This document shows, in pieces, positions 20,262 through 28,070 of a stretch of DNA of 38,130 nucleotides. The notes beneath the pieces were generated by a model that had not been told where the DNA came from, searched no databases, and saw only the letters and a list, made by a program, of their open reading frames with translations. The DNA is from a bacterium (GTDB lineage: Bacteria; SZUA-182; DTGQ01; JAFGSM01). The position numbers and the translations under genes are program-made. The stretch covers positions 1-38,130 of the forward strand of contig JBLIRP010000030.1 of the NCBI GenBank assembly GCA_049472355.1. Direction: 5' to 3'. How positions within the stretch are numbered: the stretch's first letter is position 1; every line of letters begins with the position of its first letter.

Positions 20262-20398
20262 TTGATGGAATCGTAAAAAGTCAGTTTTACCCTATTCTGT
20301 CATTCCGTGCTTGAAACGGAATCCAGTTTTTTCAAATACTTCTGGACTCCAGCCTTCGCCGGAGTGACAGTTTTGGCGACTTTTTACGAGGTCATCAA
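20262..20398. repeat. Nested palindromic element: REP-like pair inside 21-bp imperfect terminal inverted repeats (MITE-like)
   Basis: The outer repeats TTGATGGAATCGTAAAAAGTC and GACTTTTTACGAGGTCATCAA match at 18/21. The inner pair is GTCATTCCG..CGGAATCCAG (20299-20326) and CTGGACTCC..GGAGTGAC (20342-20368). Confidence 0.8.
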
Positions 20399-20487
20399 GA
20401 TTCAGAATCTTAGGATCTCAAGCGTCCTGATTATAATGGTCAGGATTTTTGGAGACTTGCAGAAAAGGGTATGTTTCGACATCCTCG

Positions 20488-20517
20488 TTGACTGCATAGT
20501 GATTTTTTGTACAAAAA
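20488..20517 (+). promoter_or_regulatory. Possible sigma70 promoter with overlapping palindrome upstream of the HtpX-like gene
   Basis: TTGACT at 20488, then TACAAA after 16 nt, embedded in the perfect palindrome TTTTTGTACAAAAA (20504-20517). Confidence 0.3.
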
Positions 20518-20592
20518 TCGATTATTAGTATATGGGGCGGTACAAGAGACAATACTATACAACCATCATCAATCATCGGGAGAGATAGAGCA

Positions 20593-22671
20593 ATGTCCAT
20601 CAAATGCCCGGTTTGTAAGGAATCGGAATTAAGAAGGGTAATGACGGAGCAGGGGGTCATCGTTGATTGTTGTCCGGGATGCAAAGGGGTGTGGCTTGAC
20701 AAGGGGGAAATCCTTCTCTTCGCAAAGGACTCCGGGCTGATAAAAGAAGAGATAGAAAAGGGGGTGGAGCAGGGACTGCCTTCCGAATACACCTGCCCCG
20801 ACACCAATGAATCCATGCTTAAAATCCCACTGCTCAACAATACGGTGTTTGCCGACTACTGCCTGACAACCCATGCCCTATGGCTCGGCGGTGATGAGCT
20901 GAAGAAACTGGCGCAAAACCCGGTGAAGGATCTTTCGATCACCTTCGATGCAAGGGACCTTGCCCGCCTTCAATCGAACAGGATGCAGGAAAGGCGTGCA
21001 GAAGGGGGCAATCGTTCCCACACAACACTCGGACTCCTTCCCCTGCCCAACCTAGCCATCAGGTCTTCAACTGTTCTCATAGGTCTCTACGGACTCCTCG
21101 TGGTTGCCCTGATCATGCTGGTTGAATTCGCCGGTCTATCGCCGAATGTCGCCTTTATCATTGGAATCGCCATATGCACCTTCCAGTTCCTCCTGGGCCC
21201 CTTTGTCATGGATCTATCCCTGCGATGGTTTTACAAGATGCACTGGGTATCTCCCGCAGACCTGCCTTCGCACCTGAGGGACTTCATCCAGACAACGTGT
21301 GAAAGGCACGGCATGAAGTTCCCTCGCATGGGCCTCATCCATGACGGCTCGCCGAATGCCTTCACCTATGGACATCATCCCAATAATGCACGCATTGTCG
21401 TCACCCAGGGGATACTGGATCTGCTCAACGAACAGGAGGCAGAGGCAGTGGTGGCCCATGAGATAGGACATGCCAAGCACTGGGATATGCTGATCATGAC
21501 TGTTGCCCAGGTAGTGCCCCTCATCCTCTACTATATCTACCGAACCGTTATCAGCATAAAAACGGATGGGAACGATGACACGGGCTCCTATCGATTGGCG
21601 ATCGCCATCGGCGCCTATGTCCTCTTCATCATTTCCGAATACGTGGTGCTCTGGCTCTCCCGCACACGGGAGTATTATGCTGACCGCTTTGCCGGGGAGA
21701 CCATGGGTGATCCCAATTTCCTGGCCAGTGCATTGGTTAAGATCGGCTACGGCCTGGCCGGACAGCGGCCTGAAAAGGAGATAGAAAGGGGAAAGGGAAA
21801 GGCGAAAAAGGGAAATGCCCCTTTGGAGGCGGTCGGCGCATTGGGCATCTTCGATATGCATACGGCGCGGTCCCTTGCGATTACAGGCTACAACAAATCC
21901 GGAAGCATGGGAGGAGAGGTGGATAAGGGGAATCTCAAGGGCGCCATGAGATGGGACCTGTGGAATCCCTGGGCGAAATACCACGAAATCCACTCCACCC
22001 ATCCCTTGATCGCAAACCGGCTGCGGTATCTCAGCAATCAGGCTGTAAGCAGGGGCCTTACCCCGTATATCGTGTTCGATGAGGTCAAGATGGAATCATA
22101 CTGGGATGAATTCCTTGTTGATCTCGGTGTACGATTCTCCCCCGTGCTCGCCGTGCTTGTCTTCGGTGGATTGTACCTGTGGAATCCCACCGGGCCCTTC
22201 CTGGGGTTGGGGATCGCTGCGCTGGGGAGCACCCTCCTCTTCAAGACCCTTTTCAGCTACAAGCATGGCCATTTCCCTGAAATGACCATCGCCAAACTCC
22301 TAAAAGAGGTCAAGGTCTCCTCGGTTCGTCCGGTGCCGTGCACCCTAAAAGGCACGGTGATCGGCAGGGGGGTGCCCGGGCTTATATGGTCTGAGGACTT
22401 CGTGCTGCGGGACGATACCGGGATTATCTTCCTGGATTACAAGCAGCCCTTCCGGATATGGGAATTCCTCTTCGCCATCTTCAGGAGGGAATCCTTACAA
22501 AAACAAGAGGTAACGATCACAGGCTGGTACCGCAGGGCACCTATCCCCTATGTCGAGCTGAAGACCTTGAACACCCCCCTGAAGCAGCGAACGTGCTATG
22601 TGTACCACTTCAAGCTTGCCTCGGCCGTCGTCTTGACAGCAATCGGACTTTTTGTCATTCTGGCAGTCTGA
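20593..22671 (+). CDS. Long-form HtpX-like M48 zinc metalloprotease with N-terminal zinc-ribbon domains
   Basis: CPVC...DCCPGCKGVWLDKGE zinc ribbon; TM helices; M48 motifs PNAFTYG, AHEIGH (HExxH), SRTREYYAD and STHPL; extra C-terminal TM/beta domain. Confidence 0.9.
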   Translation: MSIKCPVCKESELRRVMTEQGVIVDCCPGCKGVWLDKGEILLFAKDSGLIKEEIEKGVEQGLPSEYTCPDTNESMLKIPLLNNTVFADYCLTTHALWLGGDELKKLAQNPVKDLSITFDARDLARLQSNRMQERRAEGGNRSHTTLGLLPLPNLAIRSSTVLIGLYGLLVVALIMLVEFAGLSPNVAFIIGIAICTFQFLLGPFVMDLSLRWFYKMHWVSPADLPSHLRDFIQTTCERHGMKFPRMGLIHDGSPNAFTYGHHPNNARIVVTQGILDLLNEQEAEAVVAHEIGHAKHWDMLIMTVAQVVPLILYYIYRTVISIKTDGNDDTGSYRLAIAIGAYVLFIISEYVVLWLSRTREYYADRFAGETMGDPNFLASALVKIGYGLAGQRPEKEIERGKGKAKKGNAPLEAVGALGIFDMHTARSLAITGYNKSGSMGGEVDKGNLKGAMRWDLWNPWAKYHEIHSTHPLIANRLRYLSNQAVSRGLTPYIVFDEVKMESYWDEFLVDLGVRFSPVLAVLVFGGLYLWNPTGPFLGLGIAALGSTLLFKTLFSYKHGHFPEMTIAKLLKEVKVSSVRPVPCTLKGTVIGRGVPGLIWSEDFVLRDDTGIIFLDYKQPFRIWEFLFAIFRRESLQKQEVTITGWYRRAPIPYVELKTLNTPLKQRTCYVYHFKLASAVVLTAIGLFVILAV

Positions 22672-22724
22672 GGGTTCTGAGAGACAAAAACAGCTTGGGC
22701 CCTCGTGGCCCACAAGGAGGAACC

Positions 22725-23282
22725 ATGAAATTATTGCGACAGATCGGCTCTCTGGCCTTCGTGCTCGGGCTTTTCAGTGTCGTATTCGCCGGGATACCCT
22801 GGTACGTCACCGTTGCCGATGATCCGGTTTTGCCCTGGTGGTTCAGGATATCGGTGTACTGCCTTCTTGGCGGCATTCTTATAGTCATGCTGACCTTGGC
22901 CGTCGAACAGCGGAAACTCAAAACATCAGGAGAAGGATTGCCCCTCAGCGAATCCAAATCCAGTGTCTTGTTATTGAATTCCGATGAAATACCCGGCCGA
23001 ACAATCACCGAGACACTGGGCCTCGTGCAAGGTCATACCATATTCGCCATCTGGCTTGGCAAGGATCTGTCCGCCATAATTCGATTGGTCCTTGGCGGCG
23101 AGCTGACCGAGTATGCAGAGATGATGGGGAGGGCCCGCACCGTAGCCACGAACAGGATGATCGCCAAGGCCGAATTCATCGGAGCGGATGCGATAATCAA
23201 TGTCCGCTATACCACCACCACGGTCATAGGAAGTGCGGCTGAACTTCTGGTGTATGGTACGGCCGTCAAGCTGAGTAAATAA
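22725..23282 (+). CDS. YbjQ/UPF0145-family (heavy-metal-binding domain) protein with two N-terminal TM helices
   Basis: ATG 22725 follows an AGGAGG SD. Motifs GGELTEYAEMM...GADAIINVRY...ELLVYGTAVKL. Confidence 0.85.
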   Translation: MKLLRQIGSLAFVLGLFSVVFAGIPWYVTVADDPVLPWWFRISVYCLLGGILIVMLTLAVEQRKLKTSGEGLPLSESKSSVLLLNSDEIPGRTITETLGLVQGHTIFAIWLGKDLSAIIRLVLGGELTEYAEMMGRARTVATNRMIAKAEFIGADAIINVRYTTTTVIGSAAELLVYGTAVKLSK

Positions 23283-23483
23283 GCAGTTCCCCCAAAAGGC
23301 CTATGCAGCGTTTGGAGATTGTCTCGATATCCTGTTTGTTCCGGCAATCACGGGACCGGAATCAAAAAAGGGTACTTTTATCAATGAGCGGCTCGATCGT
23401 CCGAAACCGGACATGAACCATATCGACTATTTGCCTTCGGATAGGATCTGATTTGTCAACCGGGTGCGCACTGCCGGGCGCAC

Positions 23484-23530
23484 AAAAAAGGAGGCATCTT
23501 CCCTGTACGACATACAGAGAAGATGCCTCC
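23484..23530 (-). terminator. Rho-independent terminator of the Gly/Tyr-rich gene
   Basis: Stem GGAGGCATCTTC...GAAGATGCCTCC followed by T6 on the minus strand, ~70 nt after the stop at 23599. Confidence 0.8.
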
Positions 23531-23598
23531 CTCCTATGTCACGATGTGTTAAAACATCCTTCAGTAGAGGACTCGACAAAAACCGCAAGATAGTGCAT

Positions 23599-24528
23599 CT
23601 ATTCTACGGTGATCTCCACCTCGAAGACATCCTGCGCAGTGGTGTCGCCGGAACGCTTATATTCCAGTCTAATGGTGGTAGTGCCGGTATCTTCGGCCTT
23701 AAAGAGCCATTGTTCGGTTCCGGCAGAGCCGAGTGCATATCCGCCCTGATAATACTGGGCGCTTGTATCCGAAACAATATCGTCATCGAGTTCGCTGGTA
23801 TCGAGTTCCCATCTGTAACCGGTTGAGACATTCGATGACAGGATAATGCTTATGGTGTCTCCTTCATCCACGGTAAAATCGTCACCGTCGTCTCCGGAAT
23901 CAAGATCGAGATCCGCATCCGCATAGTTTGGCTGAGTGTAATACGGATACCCACCGCCGTAGGGATAGCCGCCGCCGTACGGATACCCGCCGCCATAGGG
24001 ATACCCACCGCCATAATAGCCGCCACCGCCGTACGGATACCCGCCGCCGCCGTACGGATAGCCGCCGCCATACGGATAGCCGCCACCGCCGTACGGATAC
24101 CCGCCACCACCGTACGGATAGCCGCCACCGCCGTACGGATAGCCGCCACCACCATAATACCCACCGCCGCCATAGGGGTAACCGCCGCCGCCGTAAGGAT
24201 AGCCGCCGCCGTAAGGATAGCCACCGCCACCATAAGGATAACCGCCGCCGCCGTAAGGATAACCGCCGCCGCCGTAAGGATAACCGCCACCGCCATAATA
24301 ACCGCCGCCGTAGGGATAGCCACCGCCGCCATAGGGATAGCCACCGCCGCCGTAGGGATAACCGCCACCGCCATACGGATAGCCACCGCCATAGGCGTAC
24401 CCTCCATATTGGGGAACTCCCATATACGGAGAAAACTGCGCATGGGCTGCCGTCACAAGAAACGCGACCGCACAAGCAACGACCAGCATACCGACCAGGA
24501 ACAGGCAATTCTTCTTTTTGGAGAGCAT
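23599..24528 (-). CDS. Secreted Gly/Tyr/Pro-rich repeat protein with C-terminal chagasin-like (I42 protease inhibitor) domain
   Basis: ATG 24528 has a GGAGG SD and a signal peptide ending AHA. It has 23 G3-4Y(P)Y units and an acidic linker, then VDEGDTISIILSSNVSTGYRW...GSAGTEQWLFKAEDTGTTTIRLEYKR (I42 NPTTGY / GxGG / RPW-like pattern). Confidence 0.85.
   Translation of the reverse strand: MLSKKKNCLFLVGMLVVACAVAFLVTAAHAQFSPYMGVPQYGGYAYGGGYPYGGGGYPYGGGGYPYGGGGYPYGGGYYGGGGYPYGGGGYPYGGGGYPYGGGGYPYGGGYPYGGGGYPYGGGGYYGGGGYPYGGGGYPYGGGGYPYGGGGYPYGGGYPYGGGGYPYGGGGYYGGGYPYGGGYPYGGGYPYGGGYPYYTQPNYADADLDLDSGDDGDDFTVDEGDTISIILSSNVSTGYRWELDTSELDDDIVSDTSAQYYQGGYALGSAGTEQWLFKAEDTGTTTIRLEYKRSGDTTAQDVFEVEITVE
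23941..24390 (-). repeat. Coding tandem repeat of 15-21-bp units (GGGGYPY)
   Basis: 23 units counted. The 47-aa higher-order block (GGGGYPY)4-GGGYPY-GGGGYPY-GGGGYY occurs twice. Confidence 0.95.
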
Positions 24529-24902
24529 TGACTTTGTACCTCCCTGAAGGTGATAGGTGAATAAGCCCGCAACACAAAAGGCCGAATGATCCGTTTTCAT
24601 AAGGCTTGAGAGATTGGTATGGCCTTTGGAAGTACCCTTATCAAACAGTCCCTTGGTTGCATAATATTAAGACAATCTCTTATTACACATAAACGATGTA
24701 CTGTTTCGATCACTATAGACGATAAGACCATCTAAAAATTATGGCGGAAGGTTTTCTGCCTGAAAAGTCTTAGAACGAAACTGCCATCCGCTTTCTTATC
24801 ATATATTATACCATATATAATGATTATTACCCAATATTGCCGAAAAAGAGAAAGGGGGAGTAAAATCGAGATAGTTATGAACCAGATCGAGAGGAGAAGA
24901 GA

Positions 24903-25490
24903 ATGTTAAGAAAATATTTGAATCTTGGCACATTTCTGTTAGCTGTTTTTTCAATCTGTCTTATTATGCAGGGCTGTAGTTTTTTCAGGTATATGGACGG
25001 AAGCTCCAAGGGAGAAACGAGGCAATTTCATACAAGCGAAGAGAAATTATGGGCTGAAATCCAAAATGAAAAGCAAAAGCTGGAGACCTGGATACTGGAA
25101 TTGGAATACCGACTGTCGAAATATGACAGGGACATCAGGGCCATAGAGGACTTGATCCATTTAAAAAAAGGGAAACCACAAAAGGATTCCGCAGGGGCAA
25201 AGAGCGATATCGGTACTCTTAAGATCAAGGTATTAAGCGGGGATGGGGACATAGATTCCGCTCATAGAATGGCCAGCCACCTTAAACAAATGGGCTATAC
25301 GGTAAGACTGGTCGATCATGCACCCACGTCGAATTTTACCCATGATACGGTTTTCTATGCCCTGCGGTCTAAAAGCGAAGGAGAGGCGCTCGTCGCCAGG
25401 CTGGGAGGGAACACGACGCTTAAATTCATAAGCTGGCCTTCGCAATACGATCTTATGGTGGTGACGGGCAAAAACGATACAGGGAAATAG
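24903..25490 (+). CDS. Lipoprotein with coiled coil and LytR C-terminal domain
   Basis: GAGGAG SD; lipobox MQGC; IKVLSGDG...A..L..MGY...TVFY...DLMVVTGK matches the LytR_C pattern. Confidence 0.8.
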   Translation: MLRKYLNLGTFLLAVFSICLIMQGCSFFRYMDGSSKGETRQFHTSEEKLWAEIQNEKQKLETWILELEYRLSKYDRDIRAIEDLIHLKKGKPQKDSAGAKSDIGTLKIKVLSGDGDIDSAHRMASHLKQMGYTVRLVDHAPTSNFTHDTVFYALRSKSEGEALVARLGGNTTLKFISWPSQYDLMVVTGKNDTGK

Positions 25491-25532
25491 ATTCGTATTT
25501 ATCTTCTTTAATGCTTATGCTACCATGTCGGC

Positions 25533-26957
25533 GTGAGTTTCCTAACACGCGACATACGTAAAGGAATAATCGACGCCGGTCTCATACTGATCATCCTCTT
25601 CTCCCCTCTCGCCTTTGGCTCAGTGCACATATGGGCTTACACCCTCGTGGAATTGATCGTATTCTGCCTCTTGATACTGTGGGCGGCACGAAAGGTTCTC
25701 TCTCCCCACGATATGGATGATGTCGGCGGGACCAGAGAATTGACCCCTGTTTATATATCCTTCATTATATTCTTCAGCTTCGTGCTCCTCCAGATCATTC
25801 CCGTTCCCCCACAGGTCATACGATTTTTCTCACCCCGGGCCTTCGATCTCTACAGCATGGCAATACCCGGTTATGAGAAGGACGCCCTTTGGAGAGGCCT
25901 GAGCATATATCCCCATGCGTCCACAATAGCCCTAATCAAATATGCTGCCTATGCCGGTGTTTTTTTCTTGGTAACACAGGATATACGGGAAAGAAAGAGA
26001 ATCAACCGGCTCGTTATGGCCATGATTTGTGCGGGATCCTTCGAGGCGATATACGGTTTATACGGTTATTTCAGCAAGAACTACTCCATCTTCGGATTCA
26101 GCAGGATCCATATGCCCGGTCCTGCAACCGGCACCTACGTAAACAGAAACCACTTTGCCGGATATCTGGGAATGATCGTCTTTGTAGGCATCGGCTATCT
26201 GCTGAGCACAATGCCCATGAAAATCAGACAGGATCGCGGATGGAGGCATCGGTTGGTCAGTCTCTTCAATAGCGCGAAAACACCGGAAAGGGGGCTTGTT
26301 TTGATCATGATCATCACCATGATCCTGGGAATCATCTTCTCCCTTTCCCGTATGGGGGTGTTCAGTTTTGTCGTTTCCCTATTACTGATGATCTTTCTCG
26401 CCCTTGTCAATAGGCAAAGAAGGATGGTCAGCATCATCTTTATCATCTTCGCCCTTGGACTCAGCGCTTCTCTGTGGTACGGCCTCGACCCATTGATCGA
26501 CAGATACCATCACACGGCTGAATCCTATATCAACCGGGCCGTGGTATGGGAGTCCACCCGGAGGCTTATTGAGGATTATCCCGTAACAGGGAGCGGCCTC
26601 GGAACCTATGAGTCCATCTTTCAGAGGTATAAGCCAAGGGATTTCAGTCATCACCTCCTGATCTACGACCACGCCCATAACGATTACCTGGAGATTCTCT
26701 CCGAGGTGGGAATCATCGGTATCCTGCCCCTGCTGTTCGGGGGCATCTACTTTCTCATGTTACTATTCAAGAAATGGATCAAGAGCGAAAACGGCCTTTC
26801 CACGCAGATCTCCCTCGGCGGCATCGGGGCGATGCTCTATATCCTCCTGCACAGCCTGACCGACTTTAATATGCATATTCCGGCAAATGCCATGACCCTG
26901 TGTATTATTATGGGATTGAGCTATAACAACCTCTTAAAAGACGAATGTAGAATGTAG
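25533..26957 (+). CDS. O-antigen ligase / Wzy_C family membrane protein
   Basis: Multiple TM helices; GTYVNRNHFAGYL, SLSRMG, PVTGSGLGTY, HAHNDYLE and HSLTDFNMHIPAN. Confidence 0.9.
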   Translation: MSFLTRDIRKGIIDAGLILIILFSPLAFGSVHIWAYTLVELIVFCLLILWAARKVLSPHDMDDVGGTRELTPVYISFIIFFSFVLLQIIPVPPQVIRFFSPRAFDLYSMAIPGYEKDALWRGLSIYPHASTIALIKYAAYAGVFFLVTQDIRERKRINRLVMAMICAGSFEAIYGLYGYFSKNYSIFGFSRIHMPGPATGTYVNRNHFAGYLGMIVFVGIGYLLSTMPMKIRQDRGWRHRLVSLFNSAKTPERGLVLIMIITMILGIIFSLSRMGVFSFVVSLLLMIFLALVNRQRRMVSIIFIIFALGLSASLWYGLDPLIDRYHHTAESYINRAVVWESTRRLIEDYPVTGSGLGTYESIFQRYKPRDFSHHLLIYDHAHNDYLEILSEVGIIGILPLLFGGIYFLMLLFKKWIKSENGLSTQISLGGIGAMLYILLHSLTDFNMHIPANAMTLCIIMGLSYNNLLKDECRM

Positions 26958-26974
26958 AATGTCGAATGTCGAAG
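26943..26974 (+). repeat. GAATGT[A/C] heptamer tandem repeat spanning the ligase stop codon
   Basis: gaatgta gaatgta gaatgtc gaatgtc gaag. Confidence 0.85.
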
Positions 26975-26978
26975 TGTT

Positions 26979-28070
26979 GTGATGAAAAGACTATTCTTTA
27001 TACTATTCATCGGTTTGTTGATTTGCACGGGTTATTATTCGGCTCGTCAGTGGCTGGCTGAAATAACCTGCCCGATACAGAAGAGCTTTATACGGGAGAC
27101 CCGGACCCTGGACTTCACGGGTGATATCCGGGCAGAGAGGCTCCGCTCCTCGATCCGCTTAGCCCCGGGCGTTGATGAATACCGTGTACTGTTGGGGAAA
27201 TACTACGTTTACCAGGCATCAAGGGCACGTTGTTCGAAGGATAAAAGACACCTCTTAAAGCAGGCAGGGGATGAATATGCACAGGCGCTCCTTCTCAACC
27301 CTTCCTACACGGAAGTCCTGGCATACCTTGCCTGGGTGGATTGTTCTTCAGGCAGGCCCTTTGAGGGAATAGGCAGGCTGGAACGGGCGATACAGCTTGA
27401 TCCTCACAACTATTTCAATCACCTGTTCTACGGCATCTGCATAGCGAACTTCATCCGTACGCTTCCCTCGGGACTCACCGAAATGTATTGCTACCGCGCG
27501 GAGGAGGAGTTCAGACGAGGCCTCGATCTGCATCCCGGCATGGCAGGTCAGCCAGCCGTACGTACGGGAAGGGCGAGACTTTACCTGGAAAAGGGGGATA
27601 GAGAGGCAGCCATTGCCCAGCTGGAGGGAATCAGGGTAGTCGATGCAGCCACACTGCCCTGCCATCTGATGCGTGCGGACCTGTATCTGCAGGCAGGCAA
27701 TGAAAAAAAGGCCATCGGAAGGTACATGGACCTGTGGCAAAATCCCGATCTTAGCCGGGAAGAGAAGGAAATGATCATTGACTCGTTGTCCAACCATGCC
27801 GGGGACTATCCGGATAATGGCGAGCTCAAATTTCTATTGGGCAGGATCTATGTCGAACAGGGGGATTATGACAAGGCCCGGGGAGTGCTGCACGAGGTAG
27901 TCAGTGTCGAGCCCGGCAATGCAGAGGCGCACTACCTTTTGGGCCGGGTTTATGAATACACGGGTGACAGGCAGGCGGCTTACGAGGCATACGAGAGGAC
28001 CCTTCACTATAACCCACGCCATCCCGATGCCTCACAGGGGATTATCAGGCTGTATAAGGAAATGGATTAA
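26979..28070 (+). CDS. Membrane-anchored tetratricopeptide repeat protein
   Basis: N-terminal TM and multiple TPRs (e.g. EPGNAEAHYLLGRVYEYTGDRQAAYEAYERTL). Same reading frame as the upstream ligase. Confidence 0.85.
   Translation: MMKRLFFILFIGLLICTGYYSARQWLAEITCPIQKSFIRETRTLDFTGDIRAERLRSSIRLAPGVDEYRVLLGKYYVYQASRARCSKDKRHLLKQAGDEYAQALLLNPSYTEVLAYLAWVDCSSGRPFEGIGRLERAIQLDPHNYFNHLFYGICIANFIRTLPSGLTEMYCYRAEEEFRRGLDLHPGMAGQPAVRTGRARLYLEKGDREAAIAQLEGIRVVDAATLPCHLMRADLYLQAGNEKKAIGRYMDLWQNPDLSREEKEMIIDSLSNHAGDYPDNGELKFLLGRIYVEQGDYDKARGVLHEVVSVEPGNAEAHYLLGRVYEYTGDRQAAYEAYERTLHYNPRHPDASQGIIRLYKEMD

Noticed and set aside
23599..23890. I42 domain as the cognate inhibitor of the CHAT or C13 proteases
   Set aside because: Chagasin-family inhibitors act on papain-like clan CA enzymes, not clan CD. 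Proximity is the only link.
23850..24577. Arg/Trp-rich, Ala-rich and Arg/His-rich ORFs in other frames
   Set aside because: These are shadows of the GGGGYPY repeat. Only the Gly/Tyr frame has an SD, a signal peptide and a folded domain.
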